Below, piece by piece: positions 50,043 through 62,100 of a DNA stretch of 64,000 nt. The translations under genes were made by a program, and so were the position numbers. The notes under the pieces are model-generated. The model did not search any database and was not told the DNA's origin. It worked only from the letters and a program-made list of their open reading frames with translations. The DNA lies in contig CAUYUJ010000059.1 of assembly GCA_963575745.1 (NCBI GenBank), positions 310,001 through 374,000 on the forward strand, written 5' to 3'. Numbering within the stretch: position 1 is the first letter of the stretch; each line of letters starts with the position of its first letter. The stretch is from Prorocentrum cordatum (lineage: Eukaryota).

Positions 50043-50491
50043 GTTCCATGTCTGTCGAGGTTGACGAGGTCGAAGAGGCTTAAGGTTTTGCAGTATTTTC
50101 GTCGGTTCTCGGCGGCTTTCCAGCCTCGGGGTGCGTTCAAGCAGCTGCGCCTGTCCAGGAGCGTTCCAGGGGTTCCCCGATCGTCCCGAACGGCCGCCGG
50201 AGAGTCGATTTGTGACCCGGAGGCCAGGAGGTTCGAGGTCTGTTCATGGGAGCACTGGCCGGCGACATTGAGTTCAATTGTCCTGCATTTGGGCTGCATT
50301 TGGCCCTTCCTCCTGCTCCTCCTCGCCCCTCCTGTCCCTCCTCCCCCTCCCCGTTCTTCTCGTCTCTCCTGAAGGTGTGAATCTGGTCCAGATCTGGTCC
50401 CAGATGTGTTCCAAATCTGGTCCAAATCAGAACCCAAACCGGACAGCGCCAGGGGCCACGCAGGCTCCCATGGAACGGGCACCAAATCGAG

Positions 50492-50575
50492 GTGCGCAGC
50501 ACTTGCGCGAGGTCTTGGGGGAGGTCGACGAGGGCGAGGATGATTTTGCGAATTTTGACGTGGGCGACGGCGCCG
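50492..50575 (+). CDS. Probable exon of helicase gene (GAQHLREVLGEVDEGEDDFANFDVGDGA)
   Basis: CGAG|GT acceptor; acidic linker; putative CG|GT donor is phase-compatible with 51147. End uncertain. Confidence 0.5.
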
Positions 50576-51146
50576 GTCTGCCAGAAGCGCCTCCGGAGAC
50601 AGACCAGGGGCTTGGCGATTGGGCGTCGCGCAAGGGGGGGTCGGAGGTGGATAGACCTCCCACCCTGACACGTCGATTGAGGAAGTGGCCGTCTTCGGTT
50701 CGCGAGAGGGCGTCGCGGCCGTCATTTTGCGGGTCCAGGTCCGTCGGTTTCGGCCCCAGGCCGTTGTCACTAAGGGGAGGTTTCCTAAAAGGAGGTTTGT
50801 CCACCGCCGAGGGGGGGCGACAAATGGGGGGTGGTAGCGAAGGCTGCAGAAAGGGGGTCCTTCAGGGCCCCTACAGGAGCCCTTTGGGACCCAAAAGGGA
50901 GCCTCCAGGGCCCGAAAAGGGCACCTTGTCTTGCCCTCCCCCCCGTCTGTCGCCCCCATGAGGCTTAGGTTGGTCATGTCCCTCTACAGGAGGAAAATTC
51001 TAAAGTTGTGAAATCATAGTCTGGGGACGATTTTACTATATTTGTTTTCCTATTATTGAACATGCTTGACTACGTTTAATGTTGCCTCGAATATCCGCCT
51101 GTAGGAGGACATGCCCGCGCCGACCTAACATTAAGCGACGCCCAAG

Positions 51147-51265
51147 GCGAGACTTTGGAGTGGGAGTGGCAGCCTCTGAGCACAGCTGCGAGCCCCGACC
51201 CGAAGGCCTGGACGTGGGACATGACATTGCAGCAGCGTTGGGAGGCGTGTGAGCATTTCATGCAG
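51147..51265 (+). CDS. Exon of helicase gene (GETLEWEWQPLSTAASPDPKAWTWDMTLQQRWEACEHFMQ)
   Basis: WDMTLQQRW matches the WxLxxxxRW motif that precedes Walker B in ZNFX1-like helicases; CAAG|G acceptor, CAG|GA donor. Confidence 0.8.
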
Positions 51266-51268
51266 GAA

Positions 51269-51469
51269 CTTGGCGGCGAGCAAGGGGGGGAAATGAGAAG
51301 GGGACGGCCTTCTCAGAAGGCGGCGGGGCTTCTCTGAAGGCCAGCGGCCTTCTGAGACGTTTTCTGCGTCTTCGGGGAAGGCTTAGCACATGTCTCAGAA
51401 GGCCGGGGAACTTCCAAGCCTTCTGGGAAAGCCCGCCCTTTGTCATTTCCCCCCGGGCTCGCCGCCGAG
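51269..51469. mobile_element. TIR element forming an intron (Introner-type) with 3-bp GAA TSD
   Basis: About 50-nt imperfect TIR CTTGGCGGCGAGC...GGGGGGAAATGA / TCATTTCCCCCC...GCTCGCCGCCGAG; GAA at 51266-51268 and 51470-51472. Confidence 0.85.
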
Positions 51470-51911
51470 GAACACAAGAAAAAATTGGAAGCGGTTCGAG
51501 AGCAGATAAAGAAGCATTTCCCCATTGAGCGCAAGAAGCAATGGTGCGGGCCAATGCCCGCGCGTACGAGAACAAGTCTGTAATCTTCGGGACGATCGTG
51601 GGCTGCATTGGGCGCCTGGAAGCGATACGGGCGACAAATCCGTTCGCGATATTGGTGGAAGAAGCCAGCGAAGTGCTGGAGCCGTTGCTGTACGCCTGCA
51701 TCGGATCATCAACTGCGAAGTTCGAGATGATAGGCGACCATCTCCAGCTGTCGCCAAGCATCATGCAGAAATTTGATTTCGAGCGGACGAACAAGATCAA
51801 CGTGTCCATGTTCGAGCGACTTATTCGTGCACCACAGGAACATGCGGTGCCGAACGGGGTGTTGTGTGTGCAGCGGCGCATGCGCCGTGACGTGTGCGAT
51901 CTGACACGCGA
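51470..51911 (+). CDS. Exon of helicase gene with Walker B and motif III; contains an apparent 1-nt frameshift near 51538
   Basis: VIFGTIVG, ILVEEASEV, MIGDHLQLSP, SMFERL and LCVQRRM are UPF1/ZNFX1-family motifs. The upstream part (EHKKKLEAVREQIKKHFPIERKK) is in a different frame from MVRANARAYENK. Confidence 0.9.
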
Positions 51912-52879
51912 TTATCGAAGACGCCTACGGCGCAGCACCGCCGCCCCGCGCCTTGGAAGTATTCATACGGCCAGGCGATGGGCCAGAGTCTGGCCAAGCT
52001 AGTGGGCCATGTATTCCCCCAGCCGTTGTGGAACCCCTTTGGGGAACGCCTGAGAGAGCAAGAGGAAGGGAAAGGAGGATAAGAGGGAAGATGCTGGCGG
52101 AACACACAGCCTCAAGGGCGGCCGGTCCCTGCCTGTGATTCCTTTTCGCGTCGACGAGGGTTCTCGAACAGACGATGCGCAAGCATAAGTTGCCGATCTT
52201 ATCGGCTACGCGGCCAGGACAGAAGGAAATGGGGTTAAGAAGATGTCCCCCCACCGGAGGGGGGCAGCGTTGAAGAAGCCCAAGACGAGCAAGTGCAGGT
52301 AGCAGAAAGATGGGGCAATCTGCAGGGTGTGGCGGGATGCAGGGCAGCAAGAGAGAGGGACGGGGGCAGTTGGGATGGGAAAAGTGGACCGCAAGCGCAG
52401 GAGGAGGGCGCGCTGCTGCGAGACGGGGGGAGGGCCGAGCAGGAGAGAGAGCCCAGCGGCAAGACAGTGCGGCAACCAGAGGACAGAGAGGACGGAGCAG
52501 CGGTGAAGGAGCGCGACGCGAGAGGGAGGAAAGAGCGACGAGGCAGGAAAGACCGACGGCCCACGGAGAGGCGAGTGCTCTGGGTCCAAAGCTGCGGGGG
52601 ATGGGGATCGAAGGGTCCAGTGTTGCGCCTCAGTAGAAGGGGAGGGAGCGGTCGGTGCCGCCGGATATGGGCAGGGGGGTCGCGCGAGGCCTGGCCTGCC
52701 CCGCCAGCGGCGGGGGTAGCCGGGTGATCTTGAAGAGAGCCAGAACACCGTGGTAATAAGCAAGGCACAGCATGAAGGGTCAAATGATTGGGTAGGGGGG
52801 CATAATGGCACCTCGCCTTTTTGAGTTATTCATGTTCTTCTCTCTCTCTCTCTCCCCTCTCTCTCTCTTTCCTTTTTTT

Positions 52880-52913
<34 letters not shown>

Positions 52914-52939
52914 TCTCTCTCCCCCTCTGTCGAGGACGC

Positions 52940-54375
52940 TCAGATTGATTCTCTTTTGTGCGAGCGGGTACAAGTTGATTTCCTTGATGGGGATTACACA
53001 TTGATTTCCTTTGTGGGGGGCTACACATTGATTCCCTTCGTGGCGGGATTACACGTGTTCCATGTGTGTGGTTACATATCGATTCCTTGTGCATGGGGGG
53101 TCAAATAGGTTCTCTTTGTGTGTGTGGGACGGGAGGGTCTGGCCGCCCTGGGGGAGACTCCAGGAAGAAAGAGAATAACAAATAAAAAAAAATGGAAAAA
53201 AAAATGAGGATAACAAAAAAAAAAAAAATGAATTCACTGGCCCGTTTTTTTTTTTTCTGGGCCCGAACCAAAAAAAAACAAAAGAAAGAAACAACTGGGC
53301 CAGTATATCCAGAGGGCCGTTTTTTTGCTGGGATCTTCCCCCCAGGGCCAGACCCTCCCCTCCTCCGCCACAAAAGGAATCAATGTGTACCTCCTCGCAC
53401 AAAGGGAATCGACGTGTAACCCCCCGCGAAGGGAATATATGTGTAATCCCGCCACCAGGGAAATCAATGTGTACCCCCCCACAAAGGAAATCATTTGTAA
53501 TCCGCACAAAAAGAATCAATGTGTACCCCTTCACACAAAGGGAATATAATCCTTTGTGGGGGGGCTACACATTGATGTCCTGCGTGGTGGAATTGCACAT
53601 CGATTCCCTTTGTGGGGGGTACACATAGATTCCCTTTTTGTGAGCGCGATGTTGTTTTCTTCCTGGGACCTTTCCCCCAGGCTGCGCCCCCTCAGGCAGC
53701 GGGCAGCGCCAGGGACAGTCGGCGCCAAAGTCCGTCGGCAGCACCTCCTCCTCCTGCTCTTCCGCGTCCTCCTCATCCTCCTTTTTTCCGCGTCCTCCTA
53801 GGGCGATTTACAAATATATTCCCTTTGTGTGAGAGGGTACATGTTGATTCCTTTTGCGGCGGAGGCAGGGAGGGTCTGGCCCTGGGGGGAAAAGCCTCAG
53901 CAAAAACATGCTTTTCCTTTTGTCCCAAAGAAAACAAACAATACACGTGCAACCCCAATAAAGGGGAAACACTTTGGACCAGTGCATTCAGGGGGGCCGT
54001 CTTGTTTTTTTTGCTGGAGCCCTTCCCCTCGGGCCAGACCCTCCACTCCTCCGCCACAGGAGGAGTCAATTGGTTTACACAACAAAAGGGAATCGATGTG
54101 CAATTCCGCCAGAAATGGAGTCATAGTTTCGCCCCCCACACAGGAAGTCCATTTGCAATCCCTACAGGGAATCTGTTGTACCCCCTCAAACAACAGGGAA
54201 TGGATTCGTACCCCCTCCCCCCCACACCCCGCACAAAGGGAATAATTGATGTGCAACTCCGCAACAAAAAAGAATCGGTTCGCAGGCCCCACAAAGGGAA
54301 TCACTGTGTACCCCCGCAACGGAAGCCAATTCGCATTCCCTCGCACAAGGAGAATCGATGTGTGATCCACACACA
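52940..54375. repeat. Two adjacent foldback structures built from about 30-bp TACACATTGATTCCC units
   Basis: Unit orientation flips across GGGAGGGTCTGGCC...GGCCAGACCCTCC cores at 53131-53359 and 53868-54044. Confidence 0.7.
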
Positions 54376-54399
54376 CAAAAGGACCCCAGAGAGGGAGGC

Positions 54400-55740
54400 T
54401 TTCAATCATCTCAAGATCCTTCCCTTTCCCTCAGGAAGGAGGATAAGGAGGAGGAGGCGGAGGTGGAGGAGGAGGAGTTTCCCTTCCCATCCCCCCATGA
54501 AGGAGGACGCGGAGGAGGAGGTTCATTCCTTTCCCTGTCCTTCAGGACGGAGAAGGAGGTCCCCTTCCCTGCGCTCTCCCTTAGGAAAAAAAAAGAGTGG
54601 GATGTTCCTTCACTCCCCTTTCCTTCAGGGCAGAGGAGGAGGAGGTTTCTCTCTTTCCCTTTCCATGAGAAGGAAGAGGAAGAAGAGGTGGAGATTGGAA
54701 AGGAGATTCCTACCCTTCCCTTTGCCTCAGGGAAGAAAAAGAGGAGGTTCCCTTCGTGCCCCTTTTCCATCAGAAAGGGGGAGGGAGAGGAGGAGGAGCA
54801 GGGCAATTCCCCGCCTTCCCCTCAGGAAGGAGGATGATGATTAGGCCTTTCCCTCCCGTTTCCCTCAGGAGGAGGGCGGGGAGAAGAAGGCGGACAATCC
54901 TCCCCTTCCTTTATCCCTCAGTAAGATAGGAGGAGGTACCCTCCCCTTCCCTGTCCCCCAGGAAGGAGGGGGGTGAGGGGGCTCATTCGCTTTCCTTTTC
55001 TTCAGAGGGAGGAGGAGAAGGAGGAGGCGCATTCCTTCGATTTTCCCTCCAGAAGGAGGAGGGGACAATTCCTCGCCTTCCCTTTCTTCGGGAAGGAGAA
55101 GGAAGAGGAGGACGCCCCCTCCCTTCCCTTACCTTCAGGACGGAGAAGGAGGAGGCCCCCTCCTTCTTGCCTTTTCACCCATGAAGGGAAATGAGGAGGA
55201 GGTGAATTCCTTGCCCCCTTCCTTCAAAATTCAGGAAGATGATGAGGTACCTTCCCTTCCCTTTCCCCCTTAGGAAGGGGCGGAGGAGGTTCCTTCCCAC
55301 CCTACCCATCAGGACAGCGGAGGAGGGGGAGGAGGAGGAGGTCCCGTCCCTTCCTTTCCCTCCCCCCAGGAAAAGGATGAGAGGGAGTAAGTTATTTTTC
55401 TTCGCTCTCCCTCAGGGAAGACGAGGAGGAGGTTCCATTCCTGCCCATGTGCATCAGATGCAGGGGGAAGAGGAGGAGGAGCAGGGTCATTCCTTTCCTT
55501 TTCCCTCAGGAAGGAGGCCGAGGACGCCCCCTTCCCTTCCCTGTCCCCCAGGAAGGAGGAGGAGGAGGACGACGACGAGGAAGCTCCTCCTTCTCCGTCC
55601 TGAAGGTAATTAAGGGAAGAGAGGGAACCTCCTCCTCCTCCTGCCTGAGGGAAAGTGAAAGGAATGAGCCCCATCCTTCTCCTTCTCCCTCTGGAGGAAA
55701 GGGAAGCGAATGAGCCTCCTCATCCTCTTCTTTCCTGGGA
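54400..55740. repeat. Degenerate minisatellite of alternating purine (GGAGGA) and pyrimidine (TTCCCTT) blocks
   Basis: Recurrent CCCTTCCCTT...CAGGAAGGAGGAGG units of roughly 35-40 bp. Confidence 0.8.
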
Positions 55741-58700
55741 GACTGGGAAGGGGGGGCGGGCGAGGTGCCGCCGACGCCCGCGAGCCCGCCTGCTCGCCCA
55801 GGCGCCGGGCCCTCGGCTTCGGGAAGAAGGTCCCAGCAAAAAAACCGGGACCGCCCGAGAAAAAAAGAACGGGCCAGCGGATTCGGGGGGCCGTTTTTTT
55901 TTGCCGGGACCTTTCCTCCAGGGCCAAAACCCCCTTTTCTTCCCAAACAACAAAGAATCAATATGAGCGCCCTCCACAGAGGGGAAGAGATAGAGAGAAG
56001 GAGAAAAAGAGAGAGCGAGAGAGAGAGAGAGCGAGATAGAGAGGGCGAGGGAGAGAGAGTGAGAGAGGGGGGGGGGAAAGACAGAGAGAGAGAGAGAGAG
56101 AAAAAAAAAAAGAGAGAGAGAGAGAGAATACAGAACAACAAAAAAACTTGAAAACTTCAAAAACGCAAGGTGCCGCCACGCCCCCCAGGGGCGAAAGCCC
56201 AGCACGAGGGGCCAACACATGCGGAGCCAAAGCCCCATCGAACCATAGGACATGTAGAATGGGTATCATTGGGAGCGCAACGGTCTGGACGTCGGAATTG
56301 TAGATTGACACGGGTGGCAGGGGTGGCACGATTTATCCCGCGCATCGCGCTAAGAAGTGAGCAAAGCAGGGCCGAAATTGAGCGCAACAAAGCGTGGTTC
56401 AGTTGGTTTGTTCGGTTTCAGCTATAACACCGATATGGAGACGAAGCGCGAGGCGAGCGACGGAACAAAATTTAGGATTACGGTTGCGGCCGAAAGAGAT
56501 GAAACCACGGCCAGATAGCGAACGCACGCGAGGCAGGTCGAGCATGGGGGCACCAGGCAGTCGAGAAGAATTAAATCATGTTGAGGGGAGCAATGCGGGG
56601 GACTGGCCCACCGTTGCAGGGGGCAAGAGACTGGGGGGGCAGAGAGAGTGAGAAAGATAGACAGCGAGAGAGAGAGAGAGAGAGAAAGGGAAGAGAAGCC
56701 TGTCGAGCGCAAGGCAGGACCGAACAGGATGGGAGCACGGATGGGATAAGTGCGGGATAGGCAAACCGAAAAAAGAGGCGATGATGTGAGCGCAGCGCCA
56801 CGCCAGAATCGATTTTACTGAGAGCGCAACGGCGTGGACGCCGGCAATGCAGGGAATGAGATGGACAACGGATGCCATCGCGCGGAAGGCAGACGCCGAG
56901 AGGGATGAGGGATCGGGCGGTAAGCCAGAGAGGAGGAGACGGAAAAAAACAGCGGGACTCAGGCTGGCAGAATTGGCGACGAGGCACGAACAGAGCAGGC
57001 GGGCACGAGATAGGCGAAGAGACTGATTTCGCGCGCAAAGGAAATGCCGAGAAGGATGAGAGACCGGGCGGGTAGCCAGAAAGGATAAGGATTGGATAAA
57101 CGCGGAAAGCAGGCAAGCAGAACGGGGGGGGGGATGTGAACGCCGCGCCACTGGACGCGTAGAGCCGATATTATTGCGAGTGTCGCGGTCTGGACGTCGG
57201 CACTGCATATAGAGCGACAGCGGCGGCGCACTTGCCCGCTCCATCGTGCCCCCAAAGGTACAGAACAAAGTAGGGCCAACATTGGCCACGACAAGGTGCG
57301 CTTTCGCCACGTTTGCTTGGTTGTTGCTTGCACAGCCGATAAGGAGGTGATGGGCGCGGCGAGCCGTTGTGGAGCCCGCGCCACAACCGATTTGATAGGT
57401 GGCAGGTTGGACCAGCCAGTCATCGAATCAACAGGTGGCACGTCCGTTTTTAGGCGCGAAGACAAGGGCTGCCCCCGCTCACAAAGGAAAATGCTGAAAC
57501 GCCTTGGAGAGCAGGATAGAAGAGGATTACATCCACCTTCGGCAGGGATCTGTAGCAATGCGCAGGGCGGGGCGGGATACAGGGCAGCAAGATACAGGGG
57601 CAAGAGCGGGCAGCAAGCGCAGGATGAGGGCGCGCCGCAGTGAAACGGGGGGGGCCGAGCAGGGGAGAGAGCCCGGCGATGTTCAACGAGGCGACAAGAC
57701 AGCCCGGAAGCCAAAGGACAAAGTGGACGGGGTAGATGGCCCAAGGCTTTCTGGCCCAGGGCAATCTTTCGAAAAGCTCCGACCAGGAGCCCTGCCAAGG
57801 GCGGGGTGCGGTCCTTGCATATCCCTTACACTGCACTTCCCTTTTCGGCCATCCCCAGTTGCCCTCGCAACCTTCCCCCTGCCGCGCCGCCACGCCGGGT
57901 GCGCGCCAGGTTTGAGCCCCCAGGCGAGGCGCCCCCAGGCGTGGACACCTGCGCCGCGCATGGTGGCGCCTCCGGAGTTCAAGGTCTCATCGTCGCCAAT
58001 CGCGCGAACGGGGCGGCCGCGGGCGGCGGGGACATCGACGGCTTCGACTCCGTGGACGCGGAACTCGATAAGTCCAGCGCCACGCATGGCATGGCAGCCT
58101 TGCAGATGAACGCTGACTCCAGCGCTCAGGCTGCCACCATGGCACTTCCTATATTGGACGAGTGGCTACAGGATCGAGCGCGCGATGAGGTGCTCCGAAA
58201 TGACTTTCTGACACAGGCCAGCGCCATGACGCGGCCGCTAAATGTCAAGGGCCTCTCAATCTTAATCCCAGAATTTTGGGGCGTTTTCGAAAATGTGATC
58301 ACCAAGCTCGCTCTCAACACCTCCGCATCAAACCCATGGAGTACATTTGGATTTGGCCCCTCGGCGTTCCAGAGCCAGCGGAGCAGCGCATCGTCACCCG
58401 CACGCGTACCGCGATTATTATATGTTCATTCGCTTCTGAGTTTACTCGGCCGCAGGTGGGCATATATAGAACGGCGGCGGCAGCCCGCCACCTTCCCCGA
58501 GGCCGGCCTCCAGTTCGAGGAGCAGGTTTCTGGAGTGCCCCGCAAACGCCGCCGGCTTCGTCTTAAGCTCCCACGGTGGAAGGAGTTTGGGGACCCGTCC
58601 TGCTGCCCATGCTATGGCAGCTACCCGGCGGCCCCAGATCCTGAACGCTTCCTCCCAGGTTCATTCGGCGACGGTCGATCAGCATCGGCGGCCTGCGGGC

Positions 58701-59199
58701 GCGCCGTGGGGGATGGGGGGCCAGCGGGCGCTAGCTTGGGCGCCTTACGATTCGAGTGCGTTCCACTGCGCCCTATTGCGACAGCCGGATCCGCAGTTTC
58801 GCCCACTGAGATTCGCGCTTTTTGCGCCCATTGCCCACCTTCTTGGCGTTAGTTCTCCCAGCGAGTTATTTGACCTCCGAGGCCAGAACGCGCCGCTCTC
58901 CTTCGCAATGTGGACCTAAACTTGCAGCCGGTGGAGCATATCCTCCCGGGCCGCTCCGCTCCCCGACGCGTTCGTCAAGGTCTGGCGTGTTTTACGATCT
59001 CGACGGAGGGCCCCCGCGCGACCCCCACGACCCGCCACCGCGGTTCGCGCCCCCCGCGGGTCGACCTCCCCGCCGAGCTTTCGCCCGCCCTCGCGCGCAA
59101 GATGGATGGCCCCGAAGTTCGCTCCAATCCGGCACCGTTGCTCTGCCTGCCACCCCAGAGAGTTTGAAAAGCACGCCGGAGGTGGGTCGCTTGCCCGCG

Positions 59200-62100
59200 G
59201 AAGTTCTTCTACCCAGCTAATTTCCGAGGTTTCCACGGAGGTGGACATTCGTTCTCTGCGGCGCCAGGCCCTGACCTCGCTGATGCACGCGGGCCACGAG
59301 AACCTCTGCGTGTCCCTGGGCGCCAAAATGGGGCGCCGCAGTCCGCTCGCCTTGCGACGCACTTGGCCCTTGCGCTCCCAAGCACTGCACTTCTCATCGG
59401 ACATGGCGCTCCTCTACACTTCTGCTTCAAAGGAAACGCGGGTCGAGATGTTCGACCAGGCGCTCCAGGGGGATCCGGGCCACGCGATCACGACGCTCAA
59501 GCACAAGGCCAGCCGCCTCGGCGGCCGCCCGCGGGCGCCCCCACGACAACCTCAGCGGCACTCGGCGCCCCCCGCCGGCAGCGGGGCCGACTCCAGACAG
59601 AGACAGCGCCGATGAACTACGTCGCGGAGGTCCGGGGTCCGGGGACACCGACGGGAGCGCGCCCAAGCAGGTGATCACCCGCGCGTGCTCTGCGTCAGGT
59701 CTGGACCTTCAGCCCGCGGATTCCAAGCAGGCCCCGCGACCCAGAGAATGGGTGCACCTCGCTTGTCGGGATGCTGCTGCGCTCCCTGGCCGCGCTCGCC
59801 CATTGCTTCGTTCCACTGACGAGGTTTGGAAATTGTTCAACGCGCTGAATGGCCAGGCCCTTCAAGTCGGCGTCGACTATCTGCATAACGAATGACGCCA
59901 CGAATGCTTGGGAATTCAAATACGTATTTGCATGGGCCCCGCCTTCTGGCCCGCGGACGTCGCTGCCGAGCTCCGCCAGCGCCCCCCAGGACCGTGCTCT
60001 CCGTGCCGCGGCCAGCCCAGCAATGTGGAGTCTACCACGTCTTTTCGTTTGTCTTCGTCAATTCCCGGAACTTCGCCCTGCCAGCTCTTGCCTCGCCCAC
60101 TTGCTTTTCCATTCGACCGGCTGCGCGCATTGGACCAGCGATTGTTGGTTCACACGCCAGGCGACTCGCAGGCAGATGTCCCATACCAGATCCAGCTGCA
60201 GAACAAGATTCGGCATGCTTTCGGATATGGTGCACATCCAGTGCCTTCGGCGTTTTCTGCGCCCCCTTGCCCGCGCCCCCCCGGGAGCCCCCGGCCTCGG
60301 CCCCCTCTTGAGGACGGCCCGTACTTTGTTAAGCTTCCGGCCGCCACGTGGAACTGTCAAGCTTCATTTGCTACGGATCCCAGTCTTCATCGAACGAAGT
60401 CTCATTGTTCTCGCAAGCTCATGGCCGCCCACGACACCGGTTTCTGGACAGAGACGCACGGCGCCGTTGGGGGGATCGCAGTTTGGCGCAATCCCGCGGA
60501 TTGCACTTCCCGGTGGGCCCCCTGCCCTACCCCTGGCAGTGCTGGAGCGGGAATGATTCTTAAGAACAGCATCCCAGCGAAGTTCACCAGACGCTCGTGA
60601 GAGCAGATCTTTGCGCCTGGCCGCGCTGCTGCCTCCGCCTGCGAGGTCCGGGGGGCGATCTTGATATCAGGGTTGCATATACACTGGAGGGGCGCCCTCC
60701 TAAGTGAACATCGACGCGGCAGGCCCACCCCACCCTGGCCGAGCCCCACCTCCGTGGAGCCCCGCGAGGCCTTGCGCTAGCGCATCGCTCAGCGCCAGCG
60801 CATCGCTCAGCACATCTTGCCCAAAGACCGGGTGCTGACCTTCCTCGGGTGACTTGATTTACGTCACGGTGCCTGAGGACCGTCGGCGCGCCAGCTCCAG
60901 GGCTGCGACGGGCGCGCGGGGCCTCGAGGAAGAGGCTAGTTGGCGTCGCGCTGCGGAGCTACCACGCGGCCCCCAATGACTCACGGCCCCCCCGCTTCCC
61001 GATCCCGCCTCGACAGGTTCCATTGCACTCAGAGCGTCGCGGAGGGCTTTGACCGGAAGCTGACGCGCGCGGCGCCGGCATGGACGCTCGGGTTTTCTAG
61101 GAACCAGGCTTTATGTTCTCGCCAAGCTCTGCCCTGGCACTTCTCGGTCGACTGCGCTGCTGCCTGGCGACGCGACGGGGGCCCCTGAGTGGCCTCATCG
61201 AGTCGCACATGCATGGTAAGCTTCTTCTCGAAGAGGAGAGCGCCCCATTTGAGTTGCGCAAGCTGGCACGCCCGATGAAAGCGACGCGGACCGTTGCCCG
61301 CAACGCGTTTTGCCCGGCATCTCTCGCCGAGGATGCCACTTCATTGGGGGTCGCGTCGGCATCGCTATGAAGTCTCTTCGTTCCTCGGAGGCAGGCTCGG
61401 CGACCGGCGCGAGTCAACGCATTCGCGGGCGCCCGCCCCTCGCAAACTTCGTGGACAGCCCTGACACCATAGACGCGCCCGTCGGCCGACGTCTTCGTCT
61501 CCGGATGCACATTGCGGAGTTTGCCCGCAACCGCTCCGTTTCCGCATTACGGCAGCTTCACGACGACATCGCAGGCCAGTCGGAAGAGCGGGCAATTCGT
61601 CGCAGGCAGCGGAACCACTGGCTTGTTACACGTCGCGCTCCTGGTCGGGGGTGCTCCAGTTTGGCGCTCGGAGAACTCCGGGCGCGCGTGCACCTCCCCC
61701 GAACATCAAGCACGAGTCTTGCGAGAACACCAGTCTCCAGTTTTCCGTCTTCGTCGCGCCGGTGAACAGATTCGCCGGGCATGGATTGCGGAGCCACGCC
61801 CCAGGCAACATTGCCTTGTTCGAGACGCTCGAGAAGGCCATTCGCAGCACGAACAACAGTTCGCTGGGGCCGGGCGGGACCCCTTTGCAAGCGCGGCGGA
61901 AGCACGGCCGGTTTGCCGCGGAGGCCCTCTACGACGCGTTCCGCGCCATTGCTTGCCCCGCCGGGATCACTTCGCTGGAGGCGGACTTGGACACGTATAA
62001 CGAGAGCCCGATGGCGCTCCCCCCCCAAGAAGCCGCGCACCTCCACCCCGGACGGTTTGGACGCCTTTCACCGCGAACAGCACGCGGCCTTTGAGCATCG

